Assembly: GCA_965116925.1 (NCBI GenBank)
Contig: OZ220744.1
Coordinates: 1,504,001 to 1,568,000, forward strand
DNA from: Candidatus Poribacteria bacterium
Lineage (GTDB): Bacteria > Poribacteria > WGA-4E > PCPOR2b
Reading direction: 5' to 3'
DNA length: 64,000 nucleotides
Made by a program: the position numbers and the translations under genes. Positions 1-10,816 of this stretch are shown piece after piece. Position 1 is the first letter of the stretch; each line of letters starts with the position of its first letter. The notes under the pieces were generated by a model. That model was not told where the DNA came from. It did not search any database and saw only the letters and a program-made list of their open reading frames with translations.

Positions 1-2
1 GT

Positions 3-1169
3 TACCGTGTTGCACTTGCGTATCGTGTGGATCATAGCTTACCCTCGTTGGGCACCCTCGAACTCATTGAGGAGAGACTTGAGCGTTTAAAATTAAATGA
101 CTGGAAAAAACATCTACCATTCGCGGACCAAAGAAAAAAATGGCGCGATTCTGTATTAAAAGGTAGGAGAGCGGTCCCTTTTATTTCAACTGAAGACCAG
201 GAAGGGAATTGCGTTATTAAGTTACACAAAGACGGCGGAAGTAGTGGTAGACCTCAAGCTATTTTGGCGAAAAACCTTCCACGCACTGTACTTTCTACTG
301 TCAACGCCGCGGAAAGTCCAACAGCACTGTTGGCGCGTCGCGAGATGCAGTCCTGGCGGTTACTCCAATTGGAATCTTCTTCGCTGCGTGAACCTGATGA
401 GTTCACAACACCGCCTGGGTTAGGTAGCGATGGCTCCCACTTACCGGCGACTTTATATGGATTGGCAAGGTCTCAAGAAAACATAGATCCAGCCTCTAAC
501 GGGCAGCAGATATATGATCGGGTCGCCGCTCGGCTATCGGAGCTAATTAATGATGTAGCAGCGGTTGGGATTGATCGGGACGAGCGACGTGAATTACTCA
601 CTTTGGAAGTCAAAGACCATACCGGTACAGTTCACCCAGGGCGCTCGCTTTCGGATGGCACCTTGCGCTTTCTGGGTCTATCGGTTTTAGAATTAGATCC
701 GAAAGCGAGTGGCCTTATCTGTATGGAGGAACCGGAAAACGGTATTCATCCAGCGCGAATTCCCTCAATCTTGCGACTACTTCAAGACATCGCCACCGAT
801 GTGGGTTACCCTGTTGGACCGGATAACCCACTTTGTCAAGTAATCGTGAATACACATTCCCCATCCGTTGTGCAGCAAGTGTTTGACGACATGCTTTTGA
901 TTGCAGACTTAAGAGAAGTAGTACAGAATGACCAGCGATTTAAGGGGGTGCGTTTTAGCTGGTTACCTGAAACGTGGCGGGCAGAAGCCCTACCCCACGT
1001 TCAACCAGTAGCCAAAGGTCAGTTGTTAGCTTACCTAGGGGCTACCGAGCCAATAGACTCGGAGTCTACCGAACCAATAGACTCGTCACCGAAACCAAAG
1101 CCGAAAAAACCTCAACGAGTTATAGATAGTCTCCAACTCTCATTATTTGAGTATAGTGGTACAGAATGA
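3..1169 (+). CDS. ABC-type (AAA_21-like) ATPase, 5'-truncated by the window edge
   Basis: Frame is open from position 3. Signature LSDGTLRF, Walker B/D-loop ICMEEPENGIHP and H-loop VIVNTHSP are present. Confidence 0.85.
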   Translation, partial: YRVALAYRVDHSLPSLGTLELIEERLERLKLNDWKKHLPFADQRKKWRDSVLKGRRAVPFISTEDQEGNCVIKLHKDGGSSGRPQAILAKNLPRTVLSTVNAAESPTALLARREMQSWRLLQLESSSLREPDEFTTPPGLGSDGSHLPATLYGLARSQENIDPASNGQQIYDRVAARLSELINDVAAVGIDRDERRELLTLEVKDHTGTVHPGRSLSDGTLRFLGLSVLELDPKASGLICMEEPENGIHPARIPSILRLLQDIATDVGYPVGPDNPLCQVIVNTHSPSVVQQVFDDMLLIADLREVVQNDQRFKGVRFSWLPETWRAEALPHVQPVAKGQLLAYLGATEPIDSESTEPIDSSPKPKPKKPQRVIDSLQLSLFEYSGTE

Positions 1170-1807
1170 CAGAGATACGTTATACCTTTGTAACAGATGG
1201 AAGTTCAGACGCTGCATTAATCCCGATTCTTACATGGTTATTGAGGGAAAATGGTGTTGAGTTTGCTATTCAGCCCGCATGGGCTGACTTGACTGGGATT
1301 CCCCATCGCAAGCGAAGGCGATTAGAGGACAAAATCTACTGGAGTCTCGAATTTTATCCTTGCGACCTTCTGTTTGTTCACCGCGATGCCGAAAGGGAAC
1401 CACGCGAGAACCGTGTCAACGAAATTACAACAGCGATCCAAAGAGTTCGTATCTCGGTTCCACCAAGGATTTGCGTTGTGCCAGTGCGTATGCAGGAGGC
1501 ATGGTTATTATTTGATGAATTAGCTATCAATCATGCAGCGGGCAATCCTTCTAACCGTCACTCACTAAATCTTCCTACAATTAATCGGCTAGAGGCCTTG
1601 CCAGATCCGAAAACGGAACTGCATGAGCGTCTCAAGCAAGCGAGTAACTTCAGAGGACAGCGTTTAAGCAGATTTCCGGTGAGTGAATATGCACGTCATG
1701 TTACTGAGTTTATTCAGGATTTTTCACCTTTGCGTGGATTATCTGCCTTTGCTGCATTGGAGTATGAGGTCCAAGAGATAATCAAACAACAAGGTTGGAA
1801 CGCTTAA
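1166..1807 (+). CDS. DUF4276-like / TOPRIM-like partner of the ATPase
   Basis: ATGA overlap with the ATPase stop. Motifs FVTDGSSD, LFVHRDAE and PVRMQEAWLL. Confidence 0.7.
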   Translation: MTEIRYTFVTDGSSDAALIPILTWLLRENGVEFAIQPAWADLTGIPHRKRRRLEDKIYWSLEFYPCDLLFVHRDAEREPRENRVNEITTAIQRVRISVPPRICVVPVRMQEAWLLFDELAINHAAGNPSNRHSLNLPTINRLEALPDPKTELHERLKQASNFRGQRLSRFPVSEYARHVTEFIQDFSPLRGLSAFAALEYEVQEIIKQQGWNA

Positions 1808-1825
1808 CCAAATGACAGGACTTCA

Positions 1826-2998
1826 ATGAGCCTTATGGAAAAGCTATTTCTAGTGCACTACGGTGAGATTGGGTTAAAACGCGGGAACCGCTCCTATTTT
1901 GAAAAGAAACTCGTTCAGAATATAAAGCTGGCATTGAAGGGCATGGGAGGTGCCGGGGTGCGGCGCATATACGGACGCATTCTAGTGATGCTGCGACCCG
2001 AAGCGGATGTTGCAGCAGTCCAAGAGCGGTTGGGCAAGGTTATGGGGATTGCTCATTTTGAACTCGTTCTCGCAGCAGAACTGACCATTGATGCGATTCA
2101 AGATGCCGCATTGGAGCTCGTCAAGGATCAGCAGTTCAAGACGCTCAAAGTGGAAACGAAGCGGGCAAATAAACGTTTTCCGCTTACTTCGCCTGAGATT
2201 AGTGCAGCGGTGGGGGCGCATCTGCTCGGCGCGACTGGTGCATCGGCAGATATGCACACGCCTGACTTGCGCTGTAACATTGAAATTGTCGACGAAGCAG
2301 CATACATCTATGTGGAAAAACTTCGAGGGGTTGGCGGGCTGCCGGTGGGTGCGAGCGGAAAAGTCCTCGTTATGCTCTCTGGTGGGATTGATTCGCCGGT
2401 TGCGGCATGGCGGATGATGAAACGTGGCGTCAAAGCACTCTTCGTCCACTTTTATAGCTATCCCTACACAGACAGAGCATCGCTTGAGAAGGTAGAGGAA
2501 CTCGCAGAGATCTTGGCGACTTGGAACTATCGGACACAGATTTACCTTGTCCCATTTGCAGAAATCCAGCAGGAAATTGTAACTCAAACTCCCGCCCCGT
2601 TTCGGGTTATCCTTTACCGTCGAATGATGGTACGTATTGCACAGCAGATTGCAGCGGCTGCGAAAGCGCAGTGCCTTGTTACTGGAGAGAGTCTTGGGCA
2701 GGTCGCCTCACAAACGTTGGGTAACCTTCGCGTGATCGAGGAGGTTGCGGAGATTCCTATCTTGCGCCCGCTGATCGGCGATGATAAGGCAGAGATTATG
2801 GACTTGGCGGAGCAGATTGGGACCTTTGAGATTTCGACGCTTCCCCATGATGACTGCTGTTCGCTCTTTGTTCCTGAACATCCAGCGACCAACGCATCGG
2901 TTGAAGCAGTTCAAGAGGCGGAGGCAGCCCTAGACATCGACGCGCTTGTGAAGTTAGCAGTGGAATCGGTCGAAAAAAAGATAGTTGACAGTTGTTAG
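1826..2998 (+). CDS. thiI: tRNA 4-thiouridine(8) synthase ThiI (no rhodanese domain)
   Basis: YGEIGLKRGNR N-terminus, THUMP region, PP-loop LSGGIDSPVA, TGESLGQVASQT and DCCS. Confidence 0.95.
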   Translation: MSLMEKLFLVHYGEIGLKRGNRSYFEKKLVQNIKLALKGMGGAGVRRIYGRILVMLRPEADVAAVQERLGKVMGIAHFELVLAAELTIDAIQDAALELVKDQQFKTLKVETKRANKRFPLTSPEISAAVGAHLLGATGASADMHTPDLRCNIEIVDEAAYIYVEKLRGVGGLPVGASGKVLVMLSGGIDSPVAAWRMMKRGVKALFVHFYSYPYTDRASLEKVEELAEILATWNYRTQIYLVPFAEIQQEIVTQTPAPFRVILYRRMMVRIAQQIAAAAKAQCLVTGESLGQVASQTLGNLRVIEEVAEIPILRPLIGDDKAEIMDLAEQIGTFEISTLPHDDCCSLFVPEHPATNASVEAVQEAEAALDIDALVKLAVESVEKKIVDSC

Positions 2999-3023
2999 TT
3001 TTGAGTTCTGAGTTGAATTCCTG

Positions 3024-3749
3024 CTATTCGTATTCTGTGAGTATTGCCTTTAATCGTTCCGGATAGTTCGTCAGAATCCCATCAACGCCGATTTCGATGT
3101 AAGCTCGCATATCTTCAGGGGTATCCGCGTAAAAGACGTGCACGATTCGGCCTGCCGCATGTGCCTTTTGAACAAACTCCCGAGTAGTGATGTCCCGTCC
3201 CGGTTGCATCGTACGCAGGCCCATCTCTACCGATTTTTGGATATATTCCTCTGGAGTGCGGTTTGCACGAAAGATCCGACATTCGATCCGTGAGTCAATC
3301 TCAGCAAAAATACCAACGCTTGCATCGCTGCATGTCAGAATAGAATCCTCTACCATGTGGAAATCGCTCAACGCCTTTGCGACCTTGCGTTCGTAGTGTC
3401 CGTCTGGATTGCCACCTTCTTTGAGGTGGACATTCAGTCCAACTTTCCCTTGCACAAGCTCTAACGCTTCTTCCCATGTCGGCACGCGTTCGCCCCGAAA
3501 CTGTTCACCAAATACTCCTCCAGCGTCGAGAGCTTTGATTTCAGTTAGTGTGAGATCTGAAATCGCGCCTGTGCCGTCTGTCGTTCGATCTACGGTTGGA
3601 TCGTGCATGATGATTAGGTGGTCATCTTTGGTCAAGTAGAGATCGAGCTCGATCTCATCAACGCCAATTTCTAACGCCTTCTGAAAAGCGAGTAATGTAT
3701 TTTCGGGGTAGTTTCCTGACGCGCCTCGATGGGCAACATTAACGACCAT
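3024..3749 (-). CDS. Glycerophosphodiester phosphodiesterase family protein
   Basis: AHRGASGNYPENT, ELD, HDPTVDRTT and GVDGILTNYP. Confidence 0.9.
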   Translation of the reverse strand: MVVNVAHRGASGNYPENTLLAFQKALEIGVDEIELDLYLTKDDHLIIMHDPTVDRTTDGTGAISDLTLTEIKALDAGGVFGEQFRGERVPTWEEALELVQGKVGLNVHLKEGGNPDGHYERKVAKALSDFHMVEDSILTCSDASVGIFAEIDSRIECRIFRANRTPEEYIQKSVEMGLRTMQPGRDITTREFVQKAHAAGRIVHVFYADTPEDMRAYIEIGVDGILTNYPERLKAILTEYE

Positions 3750-3787
3750 GTTTATACCTCTTGAACTAACAGTGAAAACTTGCTAAA

Positions 3788-4177
3788 TTGACATACTCCG
3801 CAAACCTAAAGGATTGGGATTCTTATGAGCCCCTTCCCGATAGGAGAGCTAATTGTGGTATCAACAGCACTTGCGAGGCGAACCCCGTCTTACAGTGCCT
3901 ACTCCAATGGACAATGCCCTGCCCACTGCCCCAAAGGGCAACTTGGGTGAGGTTTATTAGGGGATTCTAATACCCGTCGGTATACGCCAACTATTGCGGA
4001 TTTTACGCCTGCTAATAGTCAGTAGAATCCCCAATCTCTGAAAACAATTATACTATATTTCACGATTAGATTCAAGGTTGAAACCTTGAGAAAAACTATG
4101 CTAAAGCAATCTGTATAGGCTGCGCCCCAACTGCTCCAAGCATAAATGCTTGAGCTTTAGACCTAAAGGAGGTTTCG
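3788..4177 (-). mobile_element. Non-autonomous IS200/IS605-derived element without transposase or TnpB ORF; putative reRNA/omegaRNA scaffold
   Basis: Minus strand ends GAATCCCAATCCTTTAGGTTTGCGGAGTATGTCAA, resembling an IS605 right end. The other end has hairpin CTCAAGCATTTATGCTTGGAG, preceded by TTAC at 4178-4181. Several internal hairpins. Confidence 0.65.
4047..4075 (-). promoter_or_regulatory. sigma70-type promoter inside the IS605-derived element
   Basis: TTGAAT-N17-TATAAT on the minus strand. Confidence 0.65.
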
Positions 4178-4256
4178 GTAAATAAATATCTTCCTACTAT
4201 CAGACACAGTTAGCAATATAACACAAGCAAAAATTTCACGTCAATATAAAAATTGA

Positions 4257-4350
4257 TAGCTCATGTAAAGAAATCATGCAACAGAAACCGAGTTTTCAAG
4301 AAAAAACTCGGTTTCTCTTCATGCTTCGCACTCTCTTTTTATATGAACGA
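4257..4350. repeat. MITE family A copy
   Basis: Ends TAGCTCATGT / ATATGAACGA, internal palindrome GAAACCGAGTTTT..AAAACTCGGTTTC, flanks AATTGA / AATTGG. Confidence 0.75.
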
Positions 4351-4401
4351 AATTGGTCTGTAGGAAGCGGATGGACATTGATTGTTATGAAAGGAAATTT
4401 T

Positions 4402-5427
4402 ATGGATGAAGTACGTCTAAAAACAATTCTGGAAGGGTTTCGAGAACGAAAGATATTGGTCGTCGGGGATTTTTACCTTGACGCATATTGGCTAGTTGAT
4501 AAAACGAAATCAACCCTATCGTTAGAGACGCCTTGGCACACAAATCCTGTCGTAGAACAACGGTATAGTCCCGGTGCAGCGGGTACTGTTACTAACAACC
4601 TTGCTGCATTAGAGATTGGAGAAGTTTATACGCTCAGTGTGATTGGCGAAGATGGATTTGGCAGCACTTTGCTTGAACGCTTAGAAGCCAACGGTTGTAT
4701 CACAGATTTCATGATAAGCACTCCAGATCGAGTTACCCCAACCTATCTCAAACCCATCCACCGAGGATATGAAGGGATTGAAACGGAAGGTCCGCGATTT
4801 GATATTGAGAACCAATCTATGATGCAATCTGAGGTGGAGGATAGATTGCTTCATGCCTTGCGCGAATGTGTGCTGCAGGTGGAAGGAATCATTGTTGGAG
4901 ATCAGATGCCACATGATAATTGGGGAGTGGTAACAGATCGGGTGCGATCAGAAATCTGCCAACTTGCTGTGGAGTTTCCCGATAAAATCTTTTTTGTGGA
5001 TTCTCGGACACGAATCGGAAAGTATCATCACATTACTATCAAGCCGAACCGATTTGAGGCGAAACGCGCCGTTGATCCGGATTGGACTGGGGAAGAAGTC
5101 GATATAGAGGAAGCAACGAGATGTGGGCAGATCTTGACGGAGCGGACAGAAAAGCCACTTTTTGTAACCGTTGGTCCGGAGGGTATCTTGGTATTTCACA
5201 ACGGACAGGTTGAACATGTACCGGGCATCCCACTCGAATCGGAGATCGATCCGGTGGGAGCGGGGGATAGTGTCTCTGCTGCAACTGTTGCGACACTCTG
5301 CGGTGGCTCTAGCCACCTTGAAGCGGCACAGGTCGGAAACCTCGTCGCATCGGTTACCGTTACTAAAATTGGGACAACCGGCACCGCCTCACACATTGAG
5401 GTGATCGAGCGATTCGGGCAGATCTGA
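4402..5427 (+). CDS. PfkB-family kinase (RfaE/HldE kinase-domain-like)
   Basis: ILVVGDFYLDAY, PGAAGTVTNNL, IKPNRFE and DPVGAGD. The ORF-track extension from 4276 runs through the repeat. Confidence 0.88.
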   Translation: MDEVRLKTILEGFRERKILVVGDFYLDAYWLVDKTKSTLSLETPWHTNPVVEQRYSPGAAGTVTNNLAALEIGEVYTLSVIGEDGFGSTLLERLEANGCITDFMISTPDRVTPTYLKPIHRGYEGIETEGPRFDIENQSMMQSEVEDRLLHALRECVLQVEGIIVGDQMPHDNWGVVTDRVRSEICQLAVEFPDKIFFVDSRTRIGKYHHITIKPNRFEAKRAVDPDWTGEEVDIEEATRCGQILTERTEKPLFVTVGPEGILVFHNGQVEHVPGIPLESEIDPVGAGDSVSAATVATLCGGSSHLEAAQVGNLVASVTVTKIGTTGTASHIEVIERFGQI

Positions 5428-5506
5428 CTTTTGACGTGAGATTTCACTTGAACAGTCTATAGAGAAGTGGTATACATATGTTATGTGTAGTAATGAAAAA
5501 CGATGT

Positions 5507-5594
5507 TCGCGTCACAAGAAAGTGCAAAGTGCTAAGAGAAACTGAGTTTTGAAGAAAAAACTCGGTTTCTGTTGGAAGATTTCTTAACGTGAGA
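5507..5594. repeat. MITE family A copy (reverse orientation, degenerate; ends approximate)
   Basis: GAAACTGAGTTTTGAAGAAAAAACTCGGTTTC core with a TTAACGTGAG end. Confidence 0.65.
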
Positions 5595-5713
5595 TAAAAG
5601 CGGTAGTTTTATGGATGAAGAATGGAATATTTTTGGGGTTCATAACATAACGCAGTTGTTAATCAATGATCGAAAAATCGTTAGCTTTCGCAATTTACGC
5701 AAAGGAGGCATGG

Positions 5714-8587
5714 ATGAGAGAGACAATCAGTATAAGAGGCGCGAGGGAGAATAATCTGCAAGACATCAATATCGAAATACCTCGAAATAAACTGGTAGTC
5801 GTGACGGGTATTAGTGGTTCCGGGAAATCGTCGCTTGCGTTTGAAACGGTTTATGCCGAAGGGCAGCGTCGCTTCCTAGAGTCAATGTCCACCTATGCCA
5901 AACGTTTCGTCGCACAGCTGAAGAAACCGGACGTGGATTTCGTTGATGGATTATCCCCTGTTGTCTCAATCGAACAGAAAACCATTACCATGAACCCGCG
6001 CTCAACCGTGGGCACAATGACCGATCTCTACGACTATATGCGGATGCTATTTGCCACAATCGGGATCTCTCACTGCCCCTATTGCAGCACCGAAGTTCCA
6101 ACCCGAACCCCCTATCAATTGATGGAGCATATACTATCATTGCCTGAAGGGACAGAACTCGAGATCTACGCCCCGGTCTTCAAGATCTACGGCGAAGATT
6201 ATCCCTACCTCTTTGATGATGTCCGCTTGAAGGGGTGCCGCAGGGTTCGGATTAATGGTGGTTTGCATGATCTGAGTGAAGAGATTGAGCTAGACGAACA
6301 GGTAGAGTACAACATTCAAGCCATCATCGACAGATTCGTTATCAAGCCGGATATTGACAAACAGATCCTTGCTGCCCTCGACCACGCTATACTCGTTGGC
6401 GAAGGATTTATGAGTTTCCATATCCTGAGTCCCGAAATAGCCGATAAAGATATCCGTGCCTTCTACAAGGATTTTGGTTGCGCTGAACATCGCGTTGTTA
6501 TGGGGGAATTAGGACCACATCACTTCACCTTCAATGAACCGACTGGTGCCTGTGTTACATGTTCTGGGTTAGGCACTTACCTCCAAGTTCATCCGAACCT
6601 ACTTGTCCCGGATAAAACTCGAAGCATCATAGAGGGGGCATTCGTGAAGCAAGCCTTCAATTACGATCCAGACCGTTGGGATGGTCGGATGATGTACAGT
6701 CTCGCCCAACATTACAATTTCAGCCTTGACGCTCCCTTCAAAGACCTCCCCGACGAGGTTGTCGATCTGGTATTCTACGGAACCAGAGGAGAAAAATTTA
6801 AGATTGTTATGCCGGAAGGTGCGAAGCAGATGACCCACCATCATATTGGCAGAGAAATGCAGTTTGATGGAATTATCAACCGGATTGATCGGCACTATCG
6901 ACATTACCGCAAGCGCGGGGAAGCGCATTCGGGAATGGAGGAGTACCTACGGAAGGTGATGGTCGAACATACCTGTCCCGATTGCGATGGAAGTAAGCTG
7001 AAGAAACAGAGACTTCTTGTCACCATCAATGATAAACATATCCATGAATTGGGCGATATACATCTTGAGGAATTAAAGGTTTTTCTGGAGGGAATCAGGT
7101 CGATCCCAGCGCAGAAAAGAGAGGCGGGAACACGGGTCATTAAAGAACTCACGACCCGGATTGAACTCTTACTCGGTATCGGTCTGGACTATCTCAACCT
7201 TAACCGGAGATCAGCGACGCTTTCGGGTGGAGAATCGCAGCGTATTCGCCTCTCAACGCAGATCGGTTCTGGTCTGATGGGGATGCTGTATGTGCTGGAT
7301 GAGCCTACGATTGGGCTTCACCCTAAAGATAACATTAAGATGCTCAAAACGCTGAGACATCTGCGCGATATTGGGAACACTGTGATTGTGGTCGAGCACG
7401 ATGAAACGACAATCCGAGCCGCAGACCATATTATTGAATTGGGTCCCGGTCCTGGGATTCATGGCGGGACGGTGGTTGCTGAGGGACCTGCTGATAAAGT
7501 CTTGAAAAATCCGGTGTCGTTAACCGGGCAGTACATGAGCGGAGAGAAGGAGATTGAAATCCCGCAAGATCGACGAGAAGCGAACGGCGTTTCAATTATC
7601 ATCCGTGGGGCGCGAGAAAATAACCTAAGAGATATTGATGTGGAGATTCCGTTAGGACTTTTTATCTGCATCACAGGAGCATCGGGATCCGGCAAGAGTA
7701 CGTTGATTAACGAAATCCTCTATAAGAAACTCTATTCCATCTTTCACGATAGCCGTGTCCTATCTGGAGACCACGATAACGTTGAGGGTTATGAATATAT
7801 CAGTGATGTAATCAACATCGATCAATCGCCAATTGGACGTTCCCCACGCTCCAATCCAGCGACCTATATCGGGTTTTACGACAATATCCGAAAGCTATTT
7901 GCAAACACTCCACAATCAGAAGCACGCGGTTATACGCCATCCCGATTCAGTTTTAATGTCAAAGGTGGGCGATGTGAGGAGTGCGGTGGTGAGGGTCAGA
8001 TTACGACTAAACTGCACTTTATGCCCGATGTGGAAGTTCCTTGTCCTGCTTGCAAGGGGGCGCGATACAACGACGAAACCCTTGAGGTAACATATAACGG
8101 GAAAAACATTGCGGAAGTGTTGAAGATGTCGATCGAAGAAGGCGTTGACTTCTTTGCGAATCAGCGGCTCATCCATCATAAACTGGGTGTCCTGAACAAT
8201 TTGGGTATGGGGTATTTACAGATAGGGCACCCGGCACCGATTCTTTCAGGTGGGGAGGCGCAACGGATCAAACTAGCAAATGAACTCGGAAAAATCAAGC
8301 GCGGCAAGCACAATTTCTACATCCTTGATGAACCTACCACCGGATTACACCTCGCCGATATTCAGAAGCTGTTGGATAGCCTAAATCAGCTAGTCGATGC
8401 GGGGCATACTGTGCTGGTGATTGAACACCATCTTGATGTGATTAAAACCGCAGACCATATCATTGATCTCGGTCCAGAAGGGGGACATCGCGGGGGAGAG
8501 ATTATTGCCCAAGGATTGCCGGAGGCGGTTGCTCAAACCTCCGGTTCCTATACTGGACAATTCCTTAAGCCATACCTTACCCTATAA
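5714..8587 (+). CDS. uvrA: Excinuclease ABC subunit UvrA
   Basis: Two Walker A motifs ([18 protein letters not shown]), two LSGGE signatures and Zn fingers. AGGAGG RBS before 5714. Confidence 0.95.
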   Translation: MRETISIRGARENNLQDINIEIPRNKLVVVTGISGSGKSSLAFETVYAEGQRRFLESMSTYAKRFVAQLKKPDVDFVDGLSPVVSIEQKTITMNPRSTVGTMTDLYDYMRMLFATIGISHCPYCSTEVPTRTPYQLMEHILSLPEGTELEIYAPVFKIYGEDYPYLFDDVRLKGCRRVRINGGLHDLSEEIELDEQVEYNIQAIIDRFVIKPDIDKQILAALDHAILVGEGFMSFHILSPEIADKDIRAFYKDFGCAEHRVVMGELGPHHFTFNEPTGACVTCSGLGTYLQVHPNLLVPDKTRSIIEGAFVKQAFNYDPDRWDGRMMYSLAQHYNFSLDAPFKDLPDEVVDLVFYGTRGEKFKIVMPEGAKQMTHHHIGREMQFDGIINRIDRHYRHYRKRGEAHSGMEEYLRKVMVEHTCPDCDGSKLKKQRLLVTINDKHIHELGDIHLEELKVFLEGIRSIPAQKREAGTRVIKELTTRIELLLGIGLDYLNLNRRSATLSGGESQRIRLSTQIGSGLMGMLYVLDEPTIGLHPKDNIKMLKTLRHLRDIGNTVIVVEHDETTIRAADHIIELGPGPGIHGGTVVAEGPADKVLKNPVSLTGQYMSGEKEIEIPQDRREANGVSIIIRGARENNLRDIDVEIPLGLFICITGASGSGKSTLINEILYKKLYSIFHDSRVLSGDHDNVEGYEYISDVINIDQSPIGRSPRSNPATYIGFYDNIRKLFANTPQSEARGYTPSRFSFNVKGGRCEECGGEGQITTKLHFMPDVEVPCPACKGARYNDETLEVTYNGKNIAEVLKMSIEEGVDFFANQRLIHHKLGVLNNLGMGYLQIGHPAPILSGGEAQRIKLANELGKIKRGKHNFYILDEPTTGLHLADIQKLLDSLNQLVDAGHTVLVIEHHLDVIKTADHIIDLGPEGGHRGGEIIAQGLPEAVAQTSGSYTGQFLKPYLTL

Positions 8588-8680
8588 GTAACTTGGATTG
8601 GAGATTATTCTGGTTTGCCGGTTTCTCTATGACAACGATAGCAGCGATCAAGATGAAGATGTATAGATAAGTGCTCGCAA

Positions 8681-9490
8681 TTAGTAGTTTTGGACTTGTT
8701 TTTTGAATTGCATTGATAATATCGCTGAAAGTTCCCTTGCCAATAATCCGGGTACTTGGCGATCTATTTCGTTTGAAATCTCGCTATACCCCTCTTCCTG
8801 CATATCCCCATCCGCTTCTTGGTGGTCTACATTTTTATCACATTCAGGGCAATGAATACGATAGAGTCGATCGTTGAAAAGATGCAGGTTATGTTTGATA
8901 GCTTTCAAGCTGAGGATCATTGGTTGTGTTATTCTAGGAATCCACTCTCTCCAAAGATTTATATCATATTCCCACAGACGAATGACTTCTTTGGCTTCAA
9001 CCTCTATACAAGGGAACGACAGTTTTCTGAATGCCTCCCATTTTGCATCATCAACGGGATGCGTGTCCCGGACCTCTATTCCGTAAGCAGCTTTTCCATT
9101 TCGGAGAAGCGCGACATCCACTCTGTATCTGTCAACATCAACTTCACATTTGACCTCAGCACCATAGCCTTTAACTATTTGACTATGGGTGCCATACTGC
9201 GAACAGTTTGGGCACTTTCGGAATACGCTAACATGCCCCGGTCCCTCCGTGTGAATACTTCTCCAATACATCAGATAGATCATCTGCTTTGCGATCTTAT
9301 GGCGAACACCTTCGCCAGAACACCCTGTATCTGGCTTATGGGCAAAATGAGGCTGCCTGATGTCTCCACGTCTCAAGACAACTTCGTCATCACATATTGG
9401 ACATGAGAAATCTTGTCCTTTTTCTGCAACTTGAGGGGACACAGGAACATCACCGTTAATCAAGGCGTAAGGAATCTGTAAATTCTGCAT
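8681..9490 (-). CDS. CoiA-like Zn-finger / PD-(D/E)xK nuclease-fold protein
   Basis: CPIC..V.LRRG..RQPHFAH, EGVRHKIAK, E....RVDVA...GIEV..TH. Confidence 0.7.
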   Translation of the reverse strand: MQNLQIPYALINGDVPVSPQVAEKGQDFSCPICDDEVVLRRGDIRQPHFAHKPDTGCSGEGVRHKIAKQMIYLMYWRSIHTEGPGHVSVFRKCPNCSQYGTHSQIVKGYGAEVKCEVDVDRYRVDVALLRNGKAAYGIEVRDTHPVDDAKWEAFRKLSFPCIEVEAKEVIRLWEYDINLWREWIPRITQPMILSLKAIKHNLHLFNDRLYRIHCPECDKNVDHQEADGDMQEEGYSEISNEIDRQVPGLLARELSAILSMQFKKQVQNY

Positions 9491-9510
9491 TTTGGTTGCT
9501 TCTTTCGTAA

Positions 9511-10008
9511 TTATTGCTTTTTTGCGTAGACCGTTAAACCGATTACGAGGTCATCAGGTTGTTGTCTGGTTGAGACAGTCTTCTGAACAACACGGATATC
9601 AGAAGCACGGACATTCAACGCAATACGGGTAGTTGTGTGGATATATCCCTTAAACTGTTTTACCAACTTCCATACATCGCCGTCAGATCGTCGTGTATAG
9701 ATATCAACATTCTTGATGGGACCTCCAAGCGTTTCGATGTGCATAAAACGCATGAATTGCGATTTGTCAGTAGAGAACTGATAAACTCGTGCTATCCCTT
9801 CATAGCCGCGTAGGAATGGAGGTGTTAATAATGTATTTCCCGTCGTAGGCGACCAGTAATTATCGGAAAATCTGCCTTGTATCAATTCAGATTCACCGTC
9901 GTCAAGATATGGCAAGGCAGAGGAACACCCTAGAACAACTACTATGCAAAATAAGAATAGAAATCCTATTGTTTGAACATTAGATTGTATATACTTGCGA
10001 AAATTCAT
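9511..10008 (-). CDS. Hypothetical lipoprotein
   Basis: Hydrophobic signal ending in the lipobox VLGC. Confidence 0.6.
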   Translation of the reverse strand: MNFRKYIQSNVQTIGFLFLFCIVVVLGCSSALPYLDDGESELIQGRFSDNYWSPTTGNTLLTPPFLRGYEGIARVYQFSTDKSQFMRFMHIETLGGPIKNVDIYTRRSDGDVWKLVKQFKGYIHTTTRIALNVRASDIRVVQKTVSTRQQPDDLVIGLTVYAKKQ

Positions 10009-10025
10009 TGGGATTTTTCCTCGCT

Positions 10026-10184
10026 TCATTCGTAGATGAAGAAGCCTATATCTACACATTCCCTTTTTGCAGTCTGCCGCATCGTTTCAAAGCGCATGTC
10101 GGACTCGTGAGGCAGCGTCCATTGTAGGTGTCCGTCAGTGATGAGATCTCTTGGATCAAGGAAGATACGGGTGGGGCGTTTCAT
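10026..10184 (-). CDS. Small hypothetical protein (52 aa, MKRPTRIFLDP...)
   Basis: GGAGG RBS before the ATG; fills the gap between two co-oriented genes; below the ORF-track size cut-off. Confidence 0.4.
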   Translation of the reverse strand: MKRPTRIFLDPRDLITDGHLQWTLPHESDMRFETMRQTAKRECVDIGFFIYE

Positions 10185-10198
10185 CTGTTACCTCCGCG

Positions 10199-10615
10199 TT
10201 AGAGGTTTAATGTTTTTGTACCTTTCTCACCTTTTTGGTTCATCCAGTTCACGATAAAAGTCAAGGGGCGATTTGGGTGTATTTGCGGGTAGGTAAATGC
10301 CCACTTCTGATAGTAACGAAACTTAGCACCATCCCATGCTGGGCCAACGGGCGATAAAGTAGCCCTCCCGTTTCGCTTCCCTTCAACCGTCACCTGATGG
10401 ACGGGCGCGCTGAATGCTAAAACAAAATGCTGTTTTTCGAGATCGCCGTGTTTGACGATGACGCGACGGGGAGATAGATTAGAGGTGCGTTTGATAGAAA
10501 CCGTCGTGGTTCTATCCAGTTCTATCCCACGTGGTTCTATCCAGTTATGGGATGACGAACAAGCGAGTATCCCCCCCATCAGTAACAACGCTTGCATTTT
10601 CACATCGATTTTCAT
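10199..10615 (-). CDS. Hypothetical lipoprotein
   Basis: Lipobox ILAC after a hydrophobic stretch. Confidence 0.55.
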   Translation of the reverse strand: MKIDVKMQALLLMGGILACSSSHNWIEPRGIELDRTTTVSIKRTSNLSPRRVIVKHGDLEKQHFVLAFSAPVHQVTVEGKRNGRATLSPVGPAWDGAKFRYYQKWAFTYPQIHPNRPLTFIVNWMNQKGEKGTKTLNL

Positions 10616-10816
10616 CTGTTTTCTCTCGCCGTTGTATCGCTTCTGGATGCACCTAGACACCAGTGCAAGGTCTCGATTTGATGCTCAGGGATTCCTGTTG
10701 CACCACATATCGCACCTGACAAGCACCGTCACGGTGGGTTACCCGCCGATTCCATGCTGCCCTGTCCCCAGCGGAGGGCATGAAAGTTCTTGGGTGTCAA
10801 GGGGTTTTTGCAATTA

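Noticed and set aside
1982..2914. Overlapping antisense and alternate-frame ORFs here and throughout the ORF track
   Set aside because: Shadow ORFs of well-supported genes with no recognisable motifs.
4276..4401. N-terminal ORF extensions here and at 52053, 54830 and 63145, plus ORFs 45758-46081, 59647-59844 and 10729-10950
   Set aside because: They read through MITE or repeat sequence; better starts lie downstream or the ORFs are repeat-derived.
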